Positions 18,942 through 28,343 of a stretch of 64,000 bases of DNA are shown one piece after another. Below the pieces are notes generated by a model. That model was not told the origin of the DNA. It worked only from the letters and a program-made list of their open reading frames with translations, and did no database searches. The stretch's first letter is position 1; each line of letters starts with the position of its first letter. The position numbers were made by a program, and so were the translations under genes. Origin of the DNA: Patescibacteria group bacterium (GTDB taxonomy: Bacteria; Patescibacteriota; Patescibacteriia; Veblenbacterales; UBA10138); assembly GCA_041648575.1 (NCBI GenBank), contig JBAZOT010000001.1, positions 31,298 through 95,297 on the forward strand, read 5' to 3'.

Positions 18942-20312
18942 ATGTATTTGAAAAATAAAAAAGTTTTAGTAGTTGGTTTAGGTTTACAAGGTGGGGGAGT
19001 AAGCACGGTTAAATGGTTGGTTGAGCAAGGGGCAAAAGTCACAGTTACTGATTTAAAAACCAAAAAACAATTAATCAGAAGTGTGCGGTCTTTGAAAGGT
19101 TGTCCGGTAGTTTATAGATTAGGTGGGCATAATTTAAAAATATTAAAAGGTCAAGAATTAATAGTACAAAATCCGGCGGTTCCGAATGATTCTAAAATAA
19201 TTAAAGCTGCTGTTACTCAAGCATTACCAATTGAAAACGAAGCAAGTCTTTTTTTTAAATTTTGTTTAGCACCAATAATTGCCATAACTGGTAGTAAAGG
19301 AAAATCCACTGTGACGGCCTGGTTGGGAAAAATATTTTCCTCGTATAATAAAAAAACTGTAGTTGCGGGAAATATTAAAGACCGATTGATGTTAGACGAA
19401 TTGCCACATGTTAAACCGAATACACCAGTCATCTTAGAGTTATCTTCTTGGCATTTAGAAGGTTTGTCACGCTGGCGTTTAAGTCCGCAGGTTGCACTTA
19501 TTACCAATATTTTACCTGATCATTTAAATCGTTACCGTACAATTGATGATTATGTAAAAGCAAAAACGAATATTTTTAAATTTCAGAAAAAAAATGATTT
19601 GGTGGTGTTAAATTACGATAATCAGGTTACTCAAAGATTAAGTCGTAAAATTTCAAGTCGATTATTCTGGTATAGTACAACTCATATAGTTGCCAATGGT
19701 TGTTATATAAAAAAGGGTTATGTTTATTATTGTTACCATGGCAAATCGCAGAAAATATATAGCGTAAAAAGTATAAAATTACTTGGACAGCATAATTTAT
19801 CTAATGCTTTAGCTGTTACTACTTTAGCTAAAGTTGCGGGTATGCCCACAAAATTTATTAGGCAAGGGATAAAAGAATTTAAGGGTTTGCATTCACGACT
19901 AGAGCTGGTGGCTAGTAAGCATGGTGTAAAATATTATAATGACACTACAGCGACTATTCCTTTGGCAACACTAGCAGCTTTGGATTCATTTAAACAAAAG
20001 TCAATCACTCTAATTGCGGGGGGGGCAGATAAAAAATTGGATTTTTGTACGCTGGCTAAACAAATTAAGAAACAGGTAAATAAATTAATACTATTACCCG
20101 GAACAGCAACGGATAAACTGAAACGTGAATTATCCCCGAAATATCAATTTTATTTAGTAAATAGTATGCGTCAGGCGGTAAAGCTAGCCGCTCGAGTTAC
20201 ACCTAACGGTGGTGTGGTAATTATGTCTCCAGCCGCAGCAAGCTTTGGATTATTTGTAAATGAATGGGATCGTGGAGAGCAATTTATTAAATCGGTTAAA
20301 TTGTTGAATTAA
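18942..20312 (+). CDS. murD: UDP-MurNAc-L-Ala--D-Glu ligase
   Basis: VGLGLQGGG, TGSKGKST, ELSSWHL, DHLNRY, SPAAASF; ATG at 18942. Confidence 0.94.
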   Translation: MYLKNKKVLVVGLGLQGGGVSTVKWLVEQGAKVTVTDLKTKKQLIRSVRSLKGCPVVYRLGGHNLKILKGQELIVQNPAVPNDSKIIKAAVTQALPIENEASLFFKFCLAPIIAITGSKGKSTVTAWLGKIFSSYNKKTVVAGNIKDRLMLDELPHVKPNTPVILELSSWHLEGLSRWRLSPQVALITNILPDHLNRYRTIDDYVKAKTNIFKFQKKNDLVVLNYDNQVTQRLSRKISSRLFWYSTTHIVANGCYIKKGYVYYCYHGKSQKIYSVKSIKLLGQHNLSNALAVTTLAKVAGMPTKFIRQGIKEFKGLHSRLELVASKHGVKYYNDTTATIPLATLAALDSFKQKSITLIAGGADKKLDFCTLAKQIKKQVNKLILLPGTATDKLKRELSPKYQFYLVNSMRQAVKLAARVTPNGGVVIMSPAAASFGLFVNEWDRGEQFIKSVKLLN

Positions 20313-20315
20313 TTT

Positions 20316-21443
20316 ATGCTGAAGCTTAAACAAACTTCATCGGTTGATTATATTTTTATAATTTTATCTTTTGTGATTGTTGGTTTAGGATTATTATTGT
20401 TGTCATCAGCGTCATCGGTGGTATCTTTTCAAAAATTTGGATTTAGTTACTATTATGTTCAGCGGCAATTGTTATATGGTTTATTGCCTGGTATAATTTT
20501 ATTTTTGATTCTATCAAAAATTGATTATCATCGAATAGTAAAATATGCCTTGCCAGTTTTTATTGCAAGTATCATAACCTTAATTGCCGTATTAATTCCC
20601 CAAGTTGGTTCCGGTTTTGGTGGAGCTAGCCGTTGGCTAGATCTTGGTTGGTTTAGTTTTCAGCCGTCAGAAATTGCTAAATTGTCATTGCTTATATATT
20701 TAGCATATTGGTTTGATATAAAAGGTATAGAAGAAATAAGAACCTGGAAACAGGGAACACTGCCGTTTATTATTATAATAGGTACTGTATCGGTATTATT
20801 AATAATGCAACCAGATATGGGTACAATGATGGTAATTATTTTAAGCGCCATGATTCTTTATTTTTTAGCTGGTGCTCGATTGTTCAATATTATTACTTTA
20901 ATGTTTGCGGGTAGCGGTTTATTATATTTTTTAATTAAGATTGCTCCTTATCGGTTAAGTCGCCTAACGGTTTTTTTAAATCCCGAATCTGATCCACAAG
21001 GCATTGGTTATCATATCAATCAAGCCTTATTAGCAGTTGGATCAGGGGGGTTTTGGGGTTTAGGGCTGGGGCATTCGCGGCAAAAATATCAATATTTACC
21101 AGAGGTGACTGGTGATTCAATTTTTGCTGTAGTGGCTGAGGAGTTGGGTTTTTTATTAACGACCGTGCTTATTATTTTATTAGCGTCATTAATTTTGCGC
21201 GGTTTTAGAATTGCCAAACAAGCGCCAGATAATTTGGGTAAATTATTAACATCTGGTATTATGGTTTGGCTAGGATTACAAACTTTTATTAATATCGCGG
21301 CTATGCTTAACTTATTGCCATTAACTGGTATACCTTTGCCATTTATTTCGCACGGCGGTTCAGCTATGGTTGTGGGTTTAGCAGCTTTGGGTATAATTGT
21401 TAATATCTCGAGTCAAGCTCGGGTAGTGGAGACAAGAAGATGA
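20316..21443 (+). CDS. ftsW: SEDS peptidoglycan polymerase FtsW
   Basis: ASRWL, FQPSEIAK, QPDMG, GYHINQ, PLTGIPLPFISHGGS. Confidence 0.95.
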   Translation: MLKLKQTSSVDYIFIILSFVIVGLGLLLLSSASSVVSFQKFGFSYYYVQRQLLYGLLPGIILFLILSKIDYHRIVKYALPVFIASIITLIAVLIPQVGSGFGGASRWLDLGWFSFQPSEIAKLSLLIYLAYWFDIKGIEEIRTWKQGTLPFIIIIGTVSVLLIMQPDMGTMMVIILSAMILYFLAGARLFNIITLMFAGSGLLYFLIKIAPYRLSRLTVFLNPESDPQGIGYHINQALLAVGSGGFWGLGLGHSRQKYQYLPEVTGDSIFAVVAEELGFLLTTVLIILLASLILRGFRIAKQAPDNLGKLLTSGIMVWLGLQTFINIAAMLNLLPLTGIPLPFISHGGSAMVVGLAALGIIVNISSQARVVETRR

Positions 21444-22507
21444 AGATCATATTAAGCGGTGGTGGTACTTTGGGTTCTGTTACGCCTTTATTGGCGTTGG
21501 TTGATCAGTTAAAACAAGATCAGTCTATTGATTTTTTATGGTTGGGAACCAAAGCGGGCCCAGAACACTTTTTAGTTGAACAGGCACAACTAAAATTTAT
21601 TGCTATTCCTGCGGGCAAGTGGCGCAGATATTTTAGTTTAAAAAATATTTTTGATATATTGAAGGTGTTAACTGGTTTGATTAAGTCTTTGTATTTAATG
21701 TATAAGCTAGATCCTCAAGTTGTAGTGGTAGCTGGCGGATTTGTTGGCGTTCCAGTTGGTTGGGCAGCTTGGGCTTGGGGTGTACCGTTAATTATTCATC
21801 AGCAGGATGTGGAAATTGGTTTAGCAAATCGATTGTTAGGTTGGTGCGCGGCTAAAATCACCACTACTTGGCCTGTAGCTTCTGGTGGTTTTTTTCCTGA
21901 TAAAACAAAAGTTATTGGTACGCCGCTACGGAAAATTTTTCAACAACCAGTTGATAAACAACAGATATTATCTGCCTTGGGATTTAATGAAAACTTACCG
22001 GTTATATTGGTTATTGGTGGTGGTACTGGAGCAGAATTTCTAAATAAATTAATTGCCCAAAATTTAGATGGGTTAAAAAAAGTATGTCAAATAATTCATA
22101 TAACTGGAATAAATAAATCTGCTAATCATAATAGCGACAAGAATTATAAAACTTACGAACTAGTAACAAATAAAATATCTGAATATTTAGCAGTGGCGGA
22201 TTTAGTTTTGAGCAGGGCAGGCATGGGATTAATATCAGAGCTGGCTTATTTTGCTAAGCCTTCAATAATAGTGCCTTTACCAAACACACATCAAGAGAAA
22301 AATGCTCAATATTTACACCAGCATAATGCGGCGTTGGTTATTGAGCAGTCCCAGTTGACTGGAGATAAATTAATTAATATAGTACATAGGCTAAATAGCG
22401 ATCCAGAGTCATTGATTAAGTTAGGAATAAATCTTAAGGCTTTGTTTCCCCAGAACTCTGCTGGTCAACTAGCCGAGATAGTAATGCGGGCTGCAAAAAA
22501 AATATGA
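21440..22507 (+). CDS. murG: Lipid II GlcNAc transferase
   Basis: GGGTLGS, GGFV, GGGTGA, SRAG, HQEKNA. Confidence 0.94.
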   Translation: MKIILSGGGTLGSVTPLLALVDQLKQDQSIDFLWLGTKAGPEHFLVEQAQLKFIAIPAGKWRRYFSLKNIFDILKVLTGLIKSLYLMYKLDPQVVVVAGGFVGVPVGWAAWAWGVPLIIHQQDVEIGLANRLLGWCAAKITTTWPVASGGFFPDKTKVIGTPLRKIFQQPVDKQQILSALGFNENLPVILVIGGGTGAEFLNKLIAQNLDGLKKVCQIIHITGINKSANHNSDKNYKTYELVTNKISEYLAVADLVLSRAGMGLISELAYFAKPSIIVPLPNTHQEKNAQYLHQHNAALVIEQSQLTGDKLINIVHRLNSDPESLIKLGINLKALFPQNSAGQLAEIVMRAAKKI

Positions 22508-23907
22508 ATATTACACAGGCACAAAGAATTTATATGATTGGAATAAAAGGAGTAGGTATGACTGCGCTGGCGCAAATTTTAAAACAACAAGGAAAGATTG
22601 TTTCTGGTTCTGACACCACAGAAAAATTTTTTACCGATAAAGTTTTATCCAAAGCCGGGATTGATCTAAAGGAAGATTTTAAAATATCTAATGTTCCTGA
22701 TCAGGTTGATTTGGTAATATATTCATCAGCTTATAATGAAGCTAATCCAGAAGTTAATGCTGCCAAGGAACGTAATTTACCTATATTGACTTATGCTGAA
22801 GCTTTAGGTGAATTAACCAAGCTTAATAAATCTATTGCCGTTGCAGGGAGTCACGGAAAAACTACAGTAGCTGCAATGTTGGCTTTTATATTAAAACAAG
22901 CAGGATTGTCACCCACGGCAGTTGTTGGCTCACAAGTACCGCAGTGGCAAGGTAATGCTCTAATCGGTTTTGGTGAATTATTTGTTTTTGAGGCAGATGA
23001 ATATCAAAACAAATTCAATTATTTTTTTCCTCAAGCTGTTGTGTTAACTAATATTGATTGGGATCATCCAGATTTTTTTAAAACTCCAGAATCGTACTTT
23101 GATGCCTTTGTAAAATTTTTACAAAAAATTCCGTTAGACGGATTTGTGGTGGCGAATTATGATAATGATTTAGTGCGCCAGGCTGTAACAGAAGCTGGGC
23201 TTAAGCCCGAGCAAATATCAAGTTACGGTTTAACTGCTGGTTTTTGGCAATTGGAAAGAATGTGGCTAGATCAGGGCAGTTGGCATTTTTCTGCTAATGG
23301 TGGAGAAGAATTTTTAGGTGATTTTTGGTTAAAATTGGTTGGCAGCCATAATGTATCTAATGCTTTAGCAGCCCTAGCCTGCGCCAGGCGATTGGGTGTT
23401 GATATAGAAGTAATTAGAAAATCATTAGCCGAGTTTTCTGGTACCAGTCGCAGATTTGAGTATAAAGGAAAATTAACTAACCAAGTAATTATTATTGATG
23501 ATTATGCCCATCACCCACGGGAAATATTAGCCAGTTTAAAAGCAGCGCGTGATTATTACCCTTATAAAAATATTCGAGTGGTTTTTCATCCTCATACTTT
23601 TTCTAGAACCAAGGCATTGCTTACTGATTTTGGTATAAGTTTTAAAGACGCTGATGAAGTAATTGTGTTAGATATTTATGCATCAGCCCGTGAAACTACA
23701 GGTGATATTACTTCTGAACAATTAGTTGAGGAAATAATTAAACATCATCCGAAAGTAATATATCAGCCCAAAATATCAGATGTAGTAGAATATTTGGCTA
23801 ATTCTTTAAGTCGCAGCGATTTAGTGATCACTATGGGTGCTGGTGATGTGTGGAAAGTAGGGGATGAGCTGATAAAAAAATTGGGTTTAACACAGGACAA
23901 TAATTAA
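22504..23907 (+). CDS. murC: UDP-MurNAc--L-Ala ligase
   Basis: IGIKGVGM, AGSHGKTT, EADE, DDYAHHP, PHTFSRT, MGAG. Confidence 0.96.
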   Translation: MNITQAQRIYMIGIKGVGMTALAQILKQQGKIVSGSDTTEKFFTDKVLSKAGIDLKEDFKISNVPDQVDLVIYSSAYNEANPEVNAAKERNLPILTYAEALGELTKLNKSIAVAGSHGKTTVAAMLAFILKQAGLSPTAVVGSQVPQWQGNALIGFGELFVFEADEYQNKFNYFFPQAVVLTNIDWDHPDFFKTPESYFDAFVKFLQKIPLDGFVVANYDNDLVRQAVTEAGLKPEQISSYGLTAGFWQLERMWLDQGSWHFSANGGEEFLGDFWLKLVGSHNVSNALAALACARRLGVDIEVIRKSLAEFSGTSRRFEYKGKLTNQVIIIDDYAHHPREILASLKAARDYYPYKNIRVVFHPHTFSRTKALLTDFGISFKDADEVIVLDIYASARETTGDITSEQLVEEIIKHHPKVIYQPKISDVVEYLANSLSRSDLVITMGAGDVWKVGDELIKKLGLTQDNN

Positions 23908-24078
23908 TTCTTCCTGGTTTCCAATTATAATTATAGCAGCGGTATAAGATGTAAATGACATTGGGGATTTTTGTCCGATCGGACATTTTTCCCCGATTTA
24001 ATTCCAACCAAAAGCGTAGAGGAAGTATTATCCAAAAATGAAAAAGCCGACCAACGATTGTTCGTGATCGGCAATTAT

Positions 24079-24219
24079 TTATGGGCGCGGGGAGTCGGGC
24101 AGTATATAATCTGCACCAGTGATTAATACAATTACTATTGCTAAGATCGCAATTATTACTAGTATGAGAATTTGTTTTCCCATACTCAGACCAGTTTGGT
24201 CGATAATGTTTAATAACAT
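24079..24219 (-). CDS. Small single-TM orphan protein (46 aa)
   Basis: ATG at 24219 preceded by AGGA; hydrophobic core ILILVIIAILAIVIVLI. Confidence 0.5.
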   Translation of the reverse strand: MLLNIIDQTGLSMGKQILILVIIAILAIVIVLITGADYILPDSPRP

Positions 24220-24415
24220 TTTAGTTTTCCTATTTGTTTTTGAGAGATTGTTTAACTTTTTTAAAACCACAAACTAATTGCGAGCTTAAAAAAGTTTGGG
24301 AGAACTAAGATTTTAGTTCTCCCGGGCCTTATTTTTCGGTGCCTTGCCCTTTGGCACCTCGCATTTTATGAAAGTTTATCACCTTCAATAAAAAGGCATA
24401 TATGCTCCTTTGTTT

Positions 24416-24934
24416 TTATCGATTCAGTGATTTTATTTGTTGCACCAATTCCGCGTGAGGAATGGTGGTTGATCTTGAATCAGTATTTATGTAATAAACT
24501 GATTCAGTATTTTCATTTATTGGTTGATTAGGGACTGTTTGTCCCTTTACTTCCAATTTACCTCGCCAGACTATTCTGGCGGTACGGCCGTGACGCAATT
24601 CCATTGACGCGGAAGCAACAACGCTGTCACGACCGCTGGATGTAATAATACTAACGGTCCAGACTACCTGAACTCGGTAGTCTGCGTATTTGGAATTATA
24701 GCGACGATCAATTGTCGCAATTTCTTTTTGATCCTGTCCAATCATTCCAGGATCAAGGTCATATTCATCTACTAAGCCACCTTCAGCAGAGAATAATCTT
24801 ATTACGATCGATCTCCCCAATGGGTCCCTGTTTTCCATTACATAGGTTACAAAGACCTCTGGTGCGAAAGTAAATCGATCGCAGCCAACTATTAGTGTTA
24901 ATGCTAAAAGCATTAACACAAGTTTCGTTTTCAT
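24416..24934 (-). CDS. Orphan predicted lipoprotein
   Basis: MKTKLVLMLLALTLIVG-C lipobox; AAGGAAG upstream. Confidence 0.7.
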   Translation of the reverse strand: MKTKLVLMLLALTLIVGCDRFTFAPEVFVTYVMENRDPLGRSIVIRLFSAEGGLVDEYDLDPGMIGQDQKEIATIDRRYNSKYADYRVQVVWTVSIITSSGRDSVVASASMELRHGRTARIVWRGKLEVKGQTVPNQPINENTESVYYINTDSRSTTIPHAELVQQIKSLNR

Positions 24935-24959
24935 TTTTTTCTTCCTTATGATATTATTT

Positions 24960-25113
24960 TTTCTTTCTTATTAATCTGGAGGAAGTGTCTGGATTTATAT
25001 CCGCTGCTCGCGGATGTATCCAAGACTAAGCAATGTCCCAAGTAGCGCCCAGTCGAAACCAAGGCTACTAAAGTAAATTGCCAACTCTCTCCTCCAAGTT
25101 AATAAGAAAGAAA
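24960..25113 (-). ncRNA. Candidate structured RNA B (multi-hairpin element closed by a 24-bp stem)
   Basis: Terminal arms TTTCTTTCTTATTAA[TC/CT]TGGAGGA; two nested inner hairpins, one with a UUCG loop on the - strand. Confidence 0.45.
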
Positions 25114-25206
25114 TTTTGTTAATGAACTTCCCGCCTGAATAAGTAATTTTTATTTACTCAGGTAGGAAGGAGAAAGAGATTTTTTTCTTTCTCCTTTAAG
25201 AAGTGA

Positions 25207-25395
25207 TTATCTGGTGTGAATCGCCGAGATCATGTCTCTGGCTATCAGTACATCAATGACGAGCAGGATGATGCAGATAATCGGCAGTGCGTCTGAGTGA
25301 TTTATCCAAACTTTATTAGCTTGGAGAATGACACCCGTTCCAAGGTTGAGGCATAGAAACAATATCAGTCCTATCCAGAATTTTTCGCGATTCAT
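25207..25395 (-). CDS. Small two-TM orphan protein
   Basis: Two hydrophobic segments; AAGGA upstream of ATG. Confidence 0.6.
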   Translation of the reverse strand: MNREKFWIGLILFLCLNLGTGVILQANKVWINHSDALPIICIILLVIDVLIARDMISAIHTR

Positions 25396-25432
25396 TTTTT
25401 TATCCTTATGTAATGAGCAATATGTTAAATAA

Positions 25433-25631
25433 AAAGGTGTTTATCTCGATATCAGATTGAGCTTGCTTTCCGTATCTGCTAATTCGACCCAGTAAATATT
25501 TTTTTATTATCGCTTATTCGACTGCGATTCAGATACACCCAAATTTATGAGCTTATTCATGAATGAATATTAACGGGACAAGCTGCAACCGGTTGTGCTT
25601 GCCAAATACTGATACCTAGATAAACACCTTT
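25433..25631 (-). ncRNA. Candidate structured RNA A (about 200 nt, closed by a 23-bp stem, followed by a U run)
   Basis: AAAGGTGTTTATCTAGGTATCAG ... CTGATATCGAGATAAACACCTTT on the - strand; inner AGCTTG/CAAGCT and GTATCTG/CAGATAC stems. Confidence 0.45.
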
Positions 25632-25681
25632 AGTTTAGCCCCAAGCACCTGGGTTGTTTCTGGATTTTAATTTAACAGTTT

Positions 25682-25710
25682 AGTATAGGGTATAATGATA
25701 TTTTTGTCAA
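25682..25710 (-). promoter_or_regulatory. Sigma70-type promoter for the murC-murB insert
   Basis: TTGACA-N17-TATACT on the - strand. Confidence 0.75.
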
Positions 25711-25845
25711 TAGTTATGGAACAATAGTTATTAAACCCCTTTGTTTTTAGGCTCCAATTAATCTTTTATTGCTAAATTTAGCCAAAAAGCATGGTTAATT
25801 AGTTGATTGTTCCACCAACTTAAACTAGTCTTAAAATAGGATATT

Positions 25846-26826
25846 ATGAAAGACATATTTGACACTCTAAAAGAAAATATTGGGTCGAACATTAAACTTA
25901 ACGAGTCGCTTAGTAGGCATACTAACTTTAAAATAGGTGGGCCAGCTAAATATTATTTTGAGGCATTGACTAGTACTGATTTGGAGCGTGCTGTTCAAAC
26001 TGCGCGTGAGTTGCAAATTCCAACAATAGTGCTTGGGGGAGGGGCTAATGTATTGGTGTCGGATAATGGTTTTGCAGGTTTGGTTATTATTGCTAAAAAT
26101 CAAATCTGGTCGATCAATGGTAATTTAGTTAGCGCCGAAGCTGGGGTGAATTTGGGTTTTTTAGTTTCACAAACCGTATCTGCAGGCTTGGCAGGGCTTG
26201 AACCTTTGGTAGCAATTCCTGGATCAGTAGGCGGCGCGGTTTATGGTAATGCTGGATTGCCGCAAATAGCCAAAGGATGTATTGGCGATTGGATTTATGA
26301 AGTAACAGTTTTGGGTGATGATAAAATTGTTAAGCTGAATAACAAGCAGTGCAAATTTAGTTATCGTAACTCGTTATTTAAACAAACCAAAGACATAATA
26401 TTAAGCGTTATTTTAGAATTGAAGCCAGCAGATAAGTTGGTAAGTGAAAAATTAATTAAAAAATATATTGCCCAAAGAAAAGGCCAGCCGTATCATCTTC
26501 CATCAACAGGTTGCATTTTTACAAATGTGGAAGTAAAAACTAAAAAACAAGAAGCAGAAATCAAAAATAAAATAACTAGCGAGCCGAAGCTAGATGATTT
26601 CTTATTACGTGGGCAAATTCCTGCCGGTTGGCTAATTGAACTAGCTGGATTAAAAGGAAAAATTATCGGTGGGGTACAGGTGTCAACCGATCATGCAAAT
26701 TATATTGTTAATATAAATAATGCCAAAGCTGAACACGTGGTTATGCTGATTTCTTTTATTAAGCAGCAAGTGCGTGATAAATTTGGAATTCAATTAAAAG
26801 AAGAGGTACAGTATATTGGGTTTTAA
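25846..26826 (+). CDS. murB: UDP-N-acetylenolpyruvoylglucosamine reductase
   Basis: HTNFKIGGPA, GGGANVL, IPGSVGGAVYGNAG, FSYRNS, STGCIFTN, HANYIVN. Confidence 0.95.
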   Translation: MKDIFDTLKENIGSNIKLNESLSRHTNFKIGGPAKYYFEALTSTDLERAVQTARELQIPTIVLGGGANVLVSDNGFAGLVIIAKNQIWSINGNLVSAEAGVNLGFLVSQTVSAGLAGLEPLVAIPGSVGGAVYGNAGLPQIAKGCIGDWIYEVTVLGDDKIVKLNNKQCKFSYRNSLFKQTKDIILSVILELKPADKLVSEKLIKKYIAQRKGQPYHLPSTGCIFTNVEVKTKKQEAEIKNKITSEPKLDDFLLRGQIPAGWLIELAGLKGKIIGGVQVSTDHANYIVNINNAKAEHVVMLISFIKQQVRDKFGIQLKEEVQYIGF

Positions 26827-26854
26827 AAAAGCGTCTAGTTTGGCTAGACGCTTT
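26825..26854. terminator. Bidirectional terminator between murB and prs
   Basis: AAAGCGTCTAG-TTTGG-CTAGACGCTTT. Confidence 0.75.
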
Positions 26855-26876
26855 GTAAGTTAGTTGTTAAAGCCAG

Positions 26877-27842
26877 TTAATTTTTGTTCTCAATGAACAA
26901 GTGCGAAATTGACGTGCCTCGATGTGCGGCAGAAATAGCGGCGGCAAATATATCAGTCACCGATATTATATTAAGTTTGGTGTGAAAATCAGCATCTGGT
27001 TGAAGAGGAATAGTATCGGTAACTGTTAAGCTTGTTAATTTACTTTTTTGTATCATTCTCACCGCATCGCCAGACATAAGAGAGTGTATGCCACAGGCAT
27101 GAATTTCGTTTGCTTCCATTTCGCGCAGCTTGGTTGTCGCGTTGAAAAAAGTACCAGCGGTGTCAATTAGGTCGTCTAGGAGCAAACAATTTTTTCCGGA
27201 TACATTTCCACTAATTCGCATCTCTTTAATAGCGTTTGGTCGTGGTCGGCGTTTGGTGATAAAAGCGATATCTACTGCGTTTAGATAGTCTGCATATTTT
27301 TCAATACGCTTACTGCCCCCAACATCTGGTGATACAAGGACCAAGTTTTTTATATGCATACGTTTAATTGCTGGTATCAGATTTAGTGAAGCAAATAAAT
27401 GATCAACCGGTATTGGGTCAAAAAATCCGACAATTTGATCAGCGTGCAGATCCATGGTTATAACTCTATCTGCGCCGGCGTTTACAATTTCATTGGCCCA
27501 GCGTAAAGCCGTGATATCCATACGAGGACTTGATTTTCGATCATCTCTCCCTTCAAAATATGTAATTACCACAGTCACGCGACTGGCGGAAGCTAATTTT
27601 GCTGCGTGAATAAGATATTTTAAATTTTCTAATCTGACAGCAGAACCAATTGGTGAGGTTCCATGTAAACTAGCAATAATATATATATCGTTTCCGCGGA
27701 TACTACGGCTGAATTGTCGTTTTTTGTTTCCGTCTGCATAATTAGTCATTGTGATCGGAATTAAATTTGTATGAAGTAAATGTGCTACTTTGGACGAAAA
27801 ATTAGCATCTGATTGTGTACTAGCGATAGTTAGCTTATTCAT
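26877..27842 (-). CDS. prs: Ribose-phosphate pyrophosphokinase
   Basis: YADGN, MDLHADQIVGFF, VSPDVGG, LDDLIDTAGT; AAGGAG RBS. Confidence 0.93.
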   Translation of the reverse strand: MNKLTIASTQSDANFSSKVAHLLHTNLIPITMTNYADGNKKRQFSRSIRGNDIYIIASLHGTSPIGSAVRLENLKYLIHAAKLASASRVTVVITYFEGRDDRKSSPRMDITALRWANEIVNAGADRVITMDLHADQIVGFFDPIPVDHLFASLNLIPAIKRMHIKNLVLVSPDVGGSKRIEKYADYLNAVDIAFITKRRPRPNAIKEMRISGNVSGKNCLLLDDLIDTAGTFFNATTKLREMEANEIHACGIHSLMSGDAVRMIQKSKLTSLTVTDTIPLQPDADFHTKLNIISVTDIFAAAISAAHRGTSISHLFIENKN

Positions 27843-28020
27843 TATTGATCTCCTTATAATAGACGCTGTTATATGAAAATTATTTTAAGATTCGATTTTT
27901 GTTTGGTAAATTACCTTAACACTAGGTAGAGTCTGGCGTCAAGCTTGATTTAGTAGCAACAACTTGTTTACAAGTTGCTTAATATTATCTAAACTTAATA
28001 TCATATAAAGTTTTCCACAG

Positions 28021-28341
28021 ATGGATATTATAATTAGTGCAAAAAATTTCAAACTTACTCCTTCGCTGATTACTTATACTGAAGAAAAAGTTGGTAAAGT
28101 GGAGCGTTTTTGGGGTGAGATTATTCGGGCCAATGTTGAGTTATCAGTTGGCCGTGTTAAATCTGCAGGCAATATTTCGCAAGTTAGAGTTTGGCTAGAG
28201 GTGTCGGGGCCTGATATCGAGGCCGAGTCTGAAGCAGCTGACATGCATGCAGCTATAGATTTAGTGGTTCCTAAATTGGAAAGTCAAATTCGCAAAATGC
28301 GCGGTAAGGTGTTAAGCCGACAAAGAAAATTAAAATCATAA
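28021..28341 (+). CDS. hpf: Ribosome hibernation factor (short HPF/RaiA)
   Basis: I.AKNFKLTPSL.TYTEEKVGK, DMHAAID. Confidence 0.88.
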   Translation: MDIIISAKNFKLTPSLITYTEEKVGKVERFWGEIIRANVELSVGRVKSAGNISQVRVWLEVSGPDIEAESEAADMHAAIDLVVPKLESQIRKMRGKVLSRQRKLKS

Positions 28342-28343
28342 AA

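Noticed and set aside
24960-25631. Naming elements A/B as SRP RNA, RNase P, tmRNA or a known riboswitch, or as MITEs
   Set aside because: Diagnostic motifs were not found; the two elements share no sequence and show no clear target-site duplication, so they are left unnamed
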